The notes beneath the pieces are model-generated. The model saw only the letters and a list, made by a program, of their open reading frames with translations, did no database searches and was not told the DNA's origin. From Eledone cirrhosa (Eukaryota): 64,000 nt of DNA. The position numbers and the translations under genes are program-made. The stretch lies in assembly GCA_964016885.1 (NCBI GenBank), contig OZ024743.1, positions 231,880,001 to 231,944,000 on the forward strand, written 5' to 3'. Shown here piece after piece: positions 50,446-62,059 of this stretch (positions within the stretch are counted from its first letter, which is position 1; every line of letters begins with the position of its first letter).

Positions 50446-51887
50446 CCTTGAATCTCAGTCATTGATGTTGGTTAAATGGAAAGTCCGTTGGAATGAATAT
50501 CAAGCCACTACCTGCAGCCTCAGATATTCAGGACGTATAGGAGGGTTCTTGCTGTTCCCAGCAAGCATGCCTTTTGAAGCGTTCCAAAAAGCGTGAAGGG
50601 GCCGATTTTCTTTAACCATCCCTGGAAACTTTTGGAGATAGTCCCCAGTGCGCCTATGACAATCGGGATCACTTTGACTTCATGGCAGTTCCAAATCCTT
50701 TTCACCTCCCACTTTAGGTCCTGGTATCGGTTAATTTTCTCCCTCTCCTTCTCTTGCACTCTCGTGTAGAAAGGGCAGGCCACATCCACAATCAGACACG
50801 ATCTTTTTTCTTTGTCCACAACCACCAGGTCAGGTCTATTGTGTTCCAGTTTTTTGTCCGTCTGTATCCTAAAATCCCACAGCACCTTCACCTGATTGTT
50901 CTCCATCACCGCCTCTGGCCTATGCTCATACCATTTCTCAGAATGTGGTAAATTGTTTACTTTGCACAGGTGCCAGTGGATCACCCTGCCCATCACATCG
51001 TGTCTCCAGCCCTTATAGTGGGTCTGGGCTATGTGTTTACACTCGGATACAATGTGAGCCACAGTCTCCTCTCTCTCTCCACAGATCCTGCACAGTGGGC
51101 TAGCCTCTTCCTTGTAGATATGGTGCTTCAACCACTTCGTTTTGAGGGCCTGCTCCTGCGCAGCCATTAGCATTCCTTCTGTAGCCTTTTTGAGGTCTCC
51201 TCTTCTCAACCAGTTCCATGTCTGTGGATCTCTAAATTCAGTTTTCTCAAAGAAGGTACTATGAAGGGATTTTCCCTTAAGGCTGCTCTTCCTCCTTGAT
51301 GTTATTTCCTCCTTGGACATCCCCTGGCCTACTGTCCCCTCCTTCAGTACAGTTCTGAGCATTGGCTCCTTACTATAGGTCACGTATTTGTATAGGTTGT
51401 TTTTCTCCATCTGAACACAGTCCTCTATGCTGATAAGACCTCTTTCACCCTCAGATCTCCGTAGGTAGAGTCTATCGACATCACTCCTCTTGTGGAACAT
51501 GTTGTAGATAGTCAATAGCTTCCTAGTCTTCCTATCCATTTCTTTTTGTTCAGCAACATTCCATCTCAGAATTCCCGCACTGTACCTAATAATAGACACA
51601 GCTCGGGAATTTACTGCGCTTATGGCATTTCTGCTGTTCAGATATGACTTCAATACGCTCCTTACTCTCCGGATGTATTCAGTTCTTAACAATTCCTTCA
51701 TTTTTTTGTTCTTTATGCCATCAGCCTCCAGAACGCCCAAATACTTGTATCCTTCCTCAGAGTCAATTTCCTTTATCATCTCACCTGTTGGTATCTGGAT
51801 CCCGTTACTTCTGCTCAACCTACCCCTCCTCATCACAATGACTCCACATTTACTAATACCAAACTGCATACATATATCACTGCTGAA

Positions 51888-51888
<1 letters not shown>
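50446..51888 (-). mobile_element. 5'-truncated RLE family B copy (open ORF 50520-51869)
   Basis: 449-aa ORF with thumb, CCHC and RLE motifs; (TTA)n on both sides. Confidence 0.92.
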
Positions 51889-51944
<56 letters not shown>

Positions 51945-52151
51945 GGCGACCTACGTAGGAAATCGTATTATCGTGAGCTCCGCAAAGGTTTGTTATTTCC
52001 GTTTGTTAAAAATTGCCATTTATGGAAAATTTTATTGTTAACTGTTTATAAGCACACATACATTGTTTTCCGAAAAGGACACCCAAAAAGATTGGGGCCT
52101 TGTGCCCAAAATTTTAACTTTTATTATTATCCAAAAATTTCTTTGAAAAAA

Positions 52152-54139
52152 ATGGCTAATTCCCCTCTGCACGAAGCAGCTGAAAGCCTTCCTCACAAAA
52201 TAACACCTCACACCGACACCACCATTGTAAATGTTACTACGTTTGCCAACACAAAAAAAAATATAAGCAGTAGCAATATTTTAAATTTGTCTCAGGCAGA
52301 CATTCATTTCCCGCCATTACCAATGACTGCAGGTGTTAAACCCTCCACCACCACCGCGACAACCACCACCACCACCACCACCGCGACAACAGAAACAAAA
52401 GAAGAAAAAAATAAATTAACTCGTGACGTCGAAATGAAATCAAGCAAAATGGACTCTTCCCCACCAAAGACGACTGACGTCACCACCACCACAACTGAAA
52501 ATAAAATTAATATTAACGATAGCAACAACAACAACAATGACATTATAAAACCGACCCTCAGTTTCGCCATCGTAGCAAAACAATTCGAAGCGTTCACGGT
52601 AACTCAAGAAGATTTAGAAAATGCCAAACAAATGGTAAAGAAAGATGGGTACAGGGTCAGCCTCACCCCCCCCCCCCCCCCCACCTAATAAAATGGAGCA
52701 TCGGCGCCTGTGCACCGTGTCGTATAGAACAATAAATGTAAAATCGCGCCGAGTGGAACGGGCATCCGAGTCCCAAATCCAAAAAGCTTTGGGACATGTG
52801 TGGGCAAGAAAAACCCACATCAGACGTGGGCAAAAGTATGGAACCGTGGATGTGTTCTTTGAAACACCAGAGGAGGCTAGAGAACACTCCATGGCCCCAT
52901 TAAAAAGTGACGACCTCACACTCGTCCCAAGCTATTGTGGCCAGAGACTCGTAAAGATCAGGGTGACCCACGTTCCACCGGCCATCGAAATTCCCTGGCT
53001 AATAGCGGCTGTCCTCGCCGGCATCGAAGCCAACACGAAAATAATAGCAGTAGCAAAAGAAAAGCAGGAAAACTGGTCCGGATCTGGGATGGAGCTCCTG
53101 ATCCAAGCGGACCAAAAAAGCATTGAGGAGATCCCAGAGGTAATAGACCTCACTGACGGCAGCCACCTCACGATAATTGTCGAGGGCAGAAGACCTAGGT
53201 GTGTCGTTTGTGGTGAAGGAACCCACCTAAGGGCTTTCTGCCCTCAGGCTAAAAGGTTGAGGCCACCTCTCCTACCCACCCCAGTGACACAACCATCAAC
53301 ACCACCAGTAGCAGAGATGGCAGCAACAACTGTAGCAGCAACAACAGAAGCAACTATAACAGCAACAACCCCAGCAACAGTAGCAAAACCAACACCACTA
53401 CCACCACCAGCAAAACCAACACCACCACCACCCAACGCTTCAGAACTAGCACCAGCGCCTACACCATCCACCACACCACAACCAAAACTAACGGCTGTGG
53501 ACGATTTTCCACTCCCCGGCCTATCACAACTGGAGACAGATTGTGACGACGAGGAGTGGGAAACGATATCCGGAAAAAAAAAGAAACCAAAAAAGAAAGA
53601 ATTCTCTTCCTTCCCCCTCCAAAAACAAAATACAGAGGGAAACAAATAAACTAAGAAACAAAAAAGTTAGGACAGATATGCCACCATCCAAACCAGCATC
53701 ACCAACCCCATCAACCCAAACACCAACACCATCACCATCATTATCCCCAGCACCACAATCACCTACACCACAAAGGTCACCAAAATGCGAAACAGAAACA
53801 AACCCACAACAAACGCAAACAAAACAAAACAACCAAAACGATACACACTACACAGCATTAAATTTGAACAACAAGCAATTATTACACTGCATCCAACACA
53901 ACACCAGCATCACAGAAAAAGACTACACAACAACCCCAAAATTCACACCACCTCCACACATACAAATCACTCGCATCACACAGAAAACGTACATGACACT
54001 GAAACAAAAATTCCCCAAAGACATCGGAGACTTCCGACAAGCACTCTCCAGGAGGATTTATAAGGACATCCTTCCTGAGGAGGCCACAAGCAGTGAAAAG
54101 GATGGAAAAGCCGTCCTTCCCCTACGAGAAGTAAGGTAA
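52152..54139 (+). pseudogene. Tx1 ORF1 (gag-like, CCHC zinc knuckle) with two frameshifts
   Basis: Pieces 51990-52688, 52645-53649 and 53543-54139; CVVCGEGTHLRAFC knuckle; the first shift is at the poly-C run 52666-52682. Confidence 0.8.
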
Positions 54140-54173
54140 GTGGTCTTTCCCATCTTTTCCACTCCTTTTCAAC

Positions 54174-57100
54174 ATGACCTCACTCAGAATAGGCAGCATA
54201 AATGCGCGTGGCTTGGGGTCGTCATGGAAGCAGGGCCACCTGCTCAACGACCTCAGGTCACTAAACATAGATGTAGTGGCCATGAGCGAGACCAGAATCT
54301 CCGAAGCACAGGCTTTCGCACCGATCTTCGGCGGCTACGATGTGTACGCATCTCCCAGCCGTCCGGGATCGTGGGGGAGGAGTTGCTGTGCTTTTTCGGA
54401 GAGGTTTGGATCTTGCCATACGGGCCATCTTCCTGGACCCAGAAGGTAAGTTGGTGGTGCTGGACGTGACCAGCGGAGACGGGCAAGCTTTCAGGTTAGT
54501 GGCCGTCTATGCCCCGACAGGAGCAGGGCGGCCTGATTTCTTCCGGCGTCTGGAGACCTTTCTTGGAACGTCCCGCTCTTTAGTGTTAGTGGGCGACTGG
54601 AACGGGATCTTAGATGCACGCTGGGATTGTGTGGGATTAGTGGATAGGGAAGGAGGGTGCAAGAGTCTCACCAACCTGCTCAGACGTTTTGAACTGTCTG
54701 ACAGGTAGCGATTGGATTTCCCGAATGTGCCAATGTGGACTTGGACAAATCGCATAGGGTCATCCAGATCATATCTAGATAGAGTATTTTGTAGGGAAAT
54801 AGATAGGACTAACATAAACTGTCCACAATTCAAGATAGTCAGCTACACGGACCACAAATTCGTGATCTGTGTGCTTGACTTAGATAGGCTTCATAGACGA
54901 GGACCCGGCTACTGGAAGCTAAACGCGTCCTTACCTGCGCGCAAGGCCTACAGAGACCGGATTAGCGAACTAGTTAAGCGGGCGTTGACGGGGGTCATCG
55001 TCAACAACAAGTGGTGGTTTGCTCTGAAAAGAGCAATTAGAATAGAGTCCATTAGGTTTAGTAAGACTTTAGCAACAGAGAAAAATAGAGCAGAGGGAGA
55101 ATTAGTTAGAAAATTAGATGAGGCGCTTAGCAAAGGCATCGCGACCGACGTACTTGCGGCGAAATTGGCCCTTGACCAATTCTTCAATGCAAAGCACGAA
55201 GGCTGCGTTGTCAGAGCTAGGGTGCGTGCTCTCAGACACGAGGGAACGAAAGCCGTTCAATGAGCCCGAGTGGCGGAGGCGCGTCGTGGCAACAAATCCA
55301 CGATCCGGTCTTTGGTGGACCACGACGGGCGCATGCTACTCGATCCCGGGCAAATGTGTGAAGCTTTTCAGCGACACTTCGCTCAACTGTTCGGGGGCAG
55401 TGGCGGGCCGGATCGAGGGATGGACTTTAGTGTCTACCTCGACGGACTGCCGCGGCTTTCGGCCACTGAGGCGGAGTGTTGCGAAAAGCCGATAACAACC
55501 GCTGAAGTACGGGATGCAATGACTAGTTGCACAAGGGGTAAATCGCCTGGTTTGGATGGTCTGCCCTATGAACTTTACGTACAAATGCCAAACTTGTTCG
55601 GAGGCGTCTTGGCGGACGTCTACTGCAACTGGCAACAGAACGGGAGAATTCCCAGCTCTGTGAGCCGAGGAGCGGTGGCGCTGCTGAGAAAGGATCCGAA
55701 CAAGGGGGATAACATAGATACTTTTAGGAACCATAACTCTGCTAAACACAGAGTTCAAGATTTTGGCCAAGGTGCTAGCAAAGAGGTTGGCGCTTGTCGT
55801 TGGTGGTCTGGTGGAAGAGGCACAGACATGCGCCATTCCCGACAGATCCATCCACGACAACCTCCACCTCATGCGATACATCGTAGAGAGGGTAGCGAGG
55901 GAACCTGGCACGGGTGGGTCTTTGATCAATTTAGATCAGTCGAAAGCCTTCGATAGGGTCGACCATCGTTACCTAGCGGCAGTCCTGAGGGCGGCTGGCT
56001 TTGGGCCCGTCTTCAGAGGCTGGATCGCTGCCATGCACAGCGCCATCTGCTCTGTAGTGAGAGTGAACGGTCACCTTTCGGAACCGTTCAACATCATGCG
56101 CTCGTTCCGCCAAGGATGTCCCCTCTCGTCCCTATTGTACGTATTGACTCTCGAGCCATTACTGCACAAACTGGAGACGTTGAGGGGGGTCCCGCGCGAA
56201 CTAGGATGCGGAAGATCCGTGTCAGCATATGCCGACGATGTCACCGTAGTGGTGTCGAACGCCAAACACATCGAGGCGATCGGCACTACACTAAGAGAAT
56301 ACGAAGCGGTGACAGGAGCAATGATCAACCAGGAAAAGTCAGTGGGCCTGCAGCTCGGCACCTGGAGAGGCAGGTCCATGCCGTCCAACAGCGTCGTCGG
56401 GCGCTGGACGGACGGACCGGTTAAATTGCTAGGGGTCTGGTTCGGTCCAGACCTCCAGACGGACAAAAACTGGGACGAGGTGACGAGCAGGGTGGCTTCT
56501 CTCACCCAGAAATGGGCCGAGAGGAAGCTATCCCTGAAAGGTCGAGCGGAGGTGGCGAATGCGTACATCGCATCCGTCATCTACTACCGCCTGACCGTCG
56601 TACCTTGTCCTAAGCCCCGCCTGACTGCGCTGGAGCGTTTGCTCTTTCGCTTCTTGTGGAAGGGACGCGCTCCGATGGTCAGGCGGTCCATCTGCTGTCA
56701 ACACCCGCTACGTGGAGGGCTGGGCATGCCGTGGCTGATGATGCGCAGACACGCGCTCAGGCTACGACATCTCCACCTCTTCCTCGACGGTGATCAGGTG
56801 TGGTCGCCGTTTGCAAGACACGTTTTTCCCCAGCTCGTCTCCTTGACGGAGCTGCAGTCCTGGGTCAAGCGAAGACCGAGAGGGAGCGCTTGGAGACTGG
56901 AATGTCTTCAGGCGCTCACAGCCCTCGACCAATCGGGCAATGTGATCGGTGGAAACTCCACCTTGGCGTTCTATAGGGGATTAGTGGAGGGGAAGAGCGA
57001 CGACGTACTTGGAGAAACTCTAGGCGTCGACGAAAATCAACTAGCCAATCTCTTCGGGAGGACTTTCGGGCCGGGGCCTATGGACAACTTCCAGAAATCC

Positions 57101-57595
57101 CTGGCCTGGCAGTGCTACCGAGGAGCTTTGTCAGTTCGGTATAAACTCTACAGGCATGGAGGTGCCGTCAGCCGGGCATGTCCGAGATGCGCGCAGGGCG
57201 ACGAAACCGTCCTGCACGCACTCGTCCAGTGTACGAGCATTGCTGACTTGTGGGTTTATGTCGAACACCGGCTGTCACGTGTAGGACCTATCCAGCTATC
57301 AGCTGAGTCCATCGTGAGGATTGCCCCGCCCCCTTCCTTTAGCCTGGAAGGGCAGGGAGTTTTTATCTGTCTGGTGGCCATGGCGAAAGAGATAGTATGG
57401 TGGACACGTTTGAAAGGGCTGAAGACGAGCACTTACCTCTTCTGTGATGCCCTGATTAACTTTTTCAAATTTCATTTGAAAAGGAAAATCAGGGTAGAGA
57501 GGGAAGTGCTCTCTTCCCAGCATTTTGTTTAAAGATGGGTGAGAGAAGCAAGTATGGCCCGAATGAATGGGCCTTCTCTGAGTATGTGTCTGTAA
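54174..57595 (+). pseudogene. Tx1 ORF2 (APE-RT-Zn finger) with few lesions
   Basis: MTSLRIGSINARG, MSETR, GDWN, SYLDR, TDH, YADD. Stops at 54706, 55261 and 57530; frameshifts near 54375 and 55728. Confidence 0.9.
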
Positions 57596-57856
57596 ATTAA
57601 AGGTGGAAAACTGGGAGAGGGCACTTGCCCTGGTGGTCAGGGCCACTGTGGTCTTTTAATGGGCTTTCTCCACAAATGTCCCTTGGAAGTCTCCCCCCTA
57701 TTGGGGAATTTTTCTTTGTTATTTTTATTTCAACCTCTGTTTTTTTACACGCACAAATGCCCATTTGTACCGTCCTGTATTGCTCTGTACTGTCCTTAAT
57801 GTCTACTTTATGTGAACCCTTGTTGTTAATAAAGAAAACATTATTAGTATCATTAA

Positions 57857-57894
<38 letters not shown>

Positions 57895-57895
<1 letters not shown>

Positions 57896-58090
57896 AGTTG
57901 CATTTATCTTGCTTTATGTTCATACGAGTTATCACCAAGTCACAACCAGTGACCTCAAGAGACAACAAGGTCCGCCATGTTCAAGAAAGAACATACATAT
58001 TCACACATGCATCTTTAGTGTTTAGACTTGTGATGTACTTATATTGACAGAATCTTCCTTAGTATATGGGCAGTTCCCATTAGTACTATC

Positions 58091-58093
<3 letters not shown>
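57895..58093 (-). mobile_element. ~200-bp 3' fragment of RLE family A
   Basis: Matches 49957-50155; (TTA)n on both sides. Confidence 0.88.
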
Positions 58094-58123
<30 letters not shown>

Positions 58124-58135
58124 GTTGTTGTTATT

Positions 58136-59762
58136 CCTTGAATCTCAGTCATTGATGTTGGTTAACTGGAAAGTCCGTTGGATTGAATATCAAGCCACTA
58201 CCTGCAGCCTCAGATATTCAGGACGTATCGGAGGGTTCTTGCTGTTCCAAGCAAGCATGCCTTTTGAAGCGTTCCAAAAAGCGTGAAGGGGCCGATTTTC
58301 TTTAACCATCCCTGGAAACTTTTGGAGATAGTCCCCAGTGCGCCTATTACAATCGGGATCACTTTGACTTCATGGCAGTTCCAAATCCTTTTCACCTCCC
58401 ACTTTAGGTCCTGGTATCGGTTAATTTTCTCCCTCTCCTTCTCTTGCACTCTCGTGTCGAACGGGCAGGCCACATCCACAATCAGACACGATCTTTTTTC
58501 TTTGTCCACAACCACCAGGTCAGGTCTATTGTGTTCCAGTTTTTTGTCCGTCTGTATCCTAAAATCCCACAGCACCTTCACCTGATTGTTCTCCATCACC
58601 GCCTCTGGCCTATGCTCATACCATTTCTCAGAATGTGGTAAATTGTTTACTTTGCACAGGTGCCAGTAGATCACCCTGCCCATCACATCGTGTCTCCAGC
58701 CCTTATAGTGGGTCTGGGCTAGGTGTTTACACTCGGACACAATGTGAGCCACAGTCTCCTCTCTCTTTCCACAGATCCTGCACAGTGGGCTAGCCTCCTC
58801 CTTGTAGATATGGTGCTTCAACCACTTCGTTTTGAGGGCCTGCTGCTGCGCAGCCATTAGCATTCCTTCTGTAGCCTTTTTGAGGTCTCCTCTTCTCAAC
58901 CAGTTCCATGTCTGTGGATCTCTAAATTCAGTTTTCTCAAAGAAGGTACTATGAAGGGATTTTCCCTTAAGGCTGCTCTTCCTCCTTGATGTTATTTCCT
59001 CCTTGGACATCCCCTGGCCTACTGTCCCCTCCTTCAGTACAGCTCTGAGCATTGGCTCCTTACTATACGTCACGTATTTGTATAGGTTGTTTTTCTCCAT
59101 CTGAACACAGTCCTCTATGCTGAAAAGACCTCTTCCACCTTCAGATCGCCTTAGGTAGAGTCTATCGACATCACTCCTCTTGTGGAACGTGTTGTAGATA
59201 GTCAATAGCTTCCTAGTCTTCCTATCCATTTCTTTTTGTTCAGCAACATTCCATCTAAGAATTCCCGCACTGTACCTAATAATAGACACAGCTCGGGAAT
59301 TTACTGCGCTTATGGCATTTCTGCTGTTCAGATGTGATTTCAATACGCTCCTTACTCTCCGAATGTATTCAGTTCTTAACAATTCCTTCATTTTTTTGTT
59401 CTTTATGCCATCAGCCTCCAGAACGCCCAAATACTTGTATCCTTCCTCAGAGTCAATTTCCTTTATCATCTCACCTGTTGGTATCTGGATCCCGTTACTT
59501 CTGCTCAACCTACCCCTCTTCATCACAATGACTCCACATTTACTAATACCAAACTGCATACATATATCACTGCTGAAAATACGGACAGTGTCAACAAGCA
59601 CATCCAACTCCTTCTCACTTTTCCCGAAGAGCTTAAGATCGTCCATGAAGAGGAGGTGATTGATGGTAAGCTCTCCCCTTCCCAACTTGTATCCTGCTCT
59701 CACTTTTCGCAGCATAATGGTCAAGGGCATCAGGGCAAGGACAAACAACAGAGGGGACAGGC

Positions 59763-59764
<2 letters not shown>
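58136..59764 (-). mobile_element. 5'-truncated RLE family B copy (open ORF 58210-59748)
   Basis: 512 aa with FMDD, CCHC and RPDL; (TTA)n on both sides. Confidence 0.92.
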
Positions 59765-59793
<29 letters not shown>

Positions 59794-59823
59794 GTTATTA
59801 ATATTATTATTATTATTGTTGTT

Positions 59824-62030
59824 CTTTGAGTCTCAGACATTGATGTTATTTAACTGGAAAGTTTGTTGAAATGAATATCAAGCCACTATCTGCAGCCTCC
59901 CATATTCAGGACGTATCGGAGGGTTCTTGCTGTTCCCAGCAAGCATGCCTTTTAAGGTGTTCCAAAAAGTGGGGCGGGACCAATTTTCTTCAACCATCCT
60001 TGGAAACTTTGATCTCATTGCAGTTCCAAATCCTATTTACCTCCCACTTTAAGTCCTAGTATCGGTTAATTTTCTCCATCTCCTTCTCTTGCACTCTAGT
60101 GTCGAATGGGCAGGCTACATCCACAAGCAGGCACGATCTTTTTCCCTTGTCCAAAACCACCAGGTCAGTTATAATTTGTTCCAGTTTCTTGTCCGACTGT
60201 ATACTAAAATCCCACAGCACCTTCACATGATCTTTTTCCATCACCGACTCTGGCTTATGCTCATACCACTTCTCAGGATGTGGTAAATTGTTTACTTTGC
60301 ATAGGTGCCAGTGGATCACCCTGCCCATCACATCACGTCTCCAGCCTTTATAGTGAGTCAGGGCTAGGTGTTAACACTCGGATACAATGTGAGCCACAGT
60401 CTCCTCTCTCTCTCCACAGATGCTACACAGTGGGCTAGCCACCACCTTGTAAATATTGTGTTTCAGCCACTTCGTTTTGAGGGCCTGCTCTTGCGCAGCC
60501 ATTATCATTCCTTCTGTAGCTTTTTAAGGTCTCCTCCTTTCAACCAGTTCCATGTTTGTGGATCTCTAAATTCAGTTTTCTCAAGGAAGGTACTATGAAG
60601 GGATTTGTCATGGAGGTTGCTCTTCTTCCTAGTTGTTATATCCTCCTTGGACATCCCCTGGTCTATTGTCCTCTCCTTCAGTACAATATTGAGCATTGCC
60701 TCCCTACTATCAGTCACGTATTTGTGTAGGTTGTTTTTCTCCATCTGAACAGAGTCCTCTATGCTGATAAGATCCCTTCCACCTTCAGATCTCCTTAAGT
60801 AGAGTCTATCGACATCATTCCTCTTGTGGAACATGTTGTAGATAGCCAATAGCTTCCTAGTCTTCCTATCCATTTCTTTTTGTTCAGCAATATTGCATCT
60901 CAGAATTCCCGCACTATACCTAATAATAGACACAGCTCAGGAATTTACTGCACTTATGGCATTTCTCCTGTTCAGGTGTGACTTTAATACGCTCCTTATT
61001 CTCCGAATGTATTCAGATCTTATCAATTCCTTCATTTTTTTGTTCTTGATGTCATCAGCCCCCAGAACACCCAAATACTTGAATCCTTCTTCAGTGTCAT
61101 TTTCCTTTATCATCTCACTTGTTGGTACCTAGATTCCGTTGCTTCTGCTCAATTTACCCCCCACTTCATCACAAGGACTCCACTTATACTAGTACCAAAT
61201 TGCATACATATTTCATTGCTGAAAATACCGACAGTGTCAACAAGCACATCCAACTCCTTCTCACTCTTCCCGAAGAGCTTAAGATCGTCCATGAATAGGA
61301 AGTGATTGATGGTAAGCTCTCCCTTTCCCAACTTGTATCCTGCTCTCACTTTTCGCAGTATAATGGTCTGGGGGATCAGGGCAAGGACAAACAACAGAGG
61401 GGACAAACTATCTCCCTGGAAGATACATCTCTTGTTCCTCACGCCTCCCAAGTATTCTCCGCACGATGTTAACTCTGTTTTCCAGGACTTCATACTTTTG
61501 CTCAACAACTTTCTGATGTTATCTGCCACCCTGAAGTTCTCTCGGCTTTTGCTTATCCAATAATGAGGTACCATGTCGAATGCCTTTTTGTAGTTTATCC
61601 ATCCCATGGCAAGACCAGTGTGTCTTCTCCTGCAATTCCTCATTACCATCTTATCAATAAGTAACTGGTCTGTTGTACCACGGGACTTCTTTCGGCATCC
61701 TTTCTGTTCGTCCGGTAACAAGTTGTTTATGTGGAGATGATGGAAGATTTCCTCAGACACAATGCTTGTTAACAGTTTCAACATTACGGACATACATGTG
61801 GTAGGTCTATGGTTGGTAACATCATTACCCTTGGTTCGGTCTTTCATTACCAGAACTGTGGTACTTTTTGTCAACCACTCTGGTACCTCACCTGACATCA
61901 AGCAGTCATTGAACATGGTTGTCAGTTTCGGGTGGAGGGATGTTATAATTTTAATCCAATACCCCTGCACACCATACTGGGCCTGGTGATTTCCAGTCGG
62001 TTAGTTTTCTGGCCTGCCCCTTCCTGTCCC
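59824..62030 (-). mobile_element. Older, diverged 5'-truncated RLE family B-related copy
   Basis: Broken ORFs 61149-61970, 60505-60933 and 60056-60331; (TTA)n on both sides. Confidence 0.88.
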
Positions 62031-62059
62031 TTATTATTATTATTATTATTATTATTATT

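Larger units (their letters stand above)
51945..57838 (+). mobile_element. Full-length Tx1-clade LINE in (TTA)n
   Basis: 5'UTR, ORF1, ORF2 and 3'UTR with aataaa; ORF2 is near-identical to 42779-44953; (TTA)n on both sides. Confidence 0.92.

Noticed and set aside
37773-62059. Telomeric array interpretation of the nest
   Set aside because: The spacer repeat is TTA, not TTAGGG or TTAGG, and nothing in the window shows a chromosome end.
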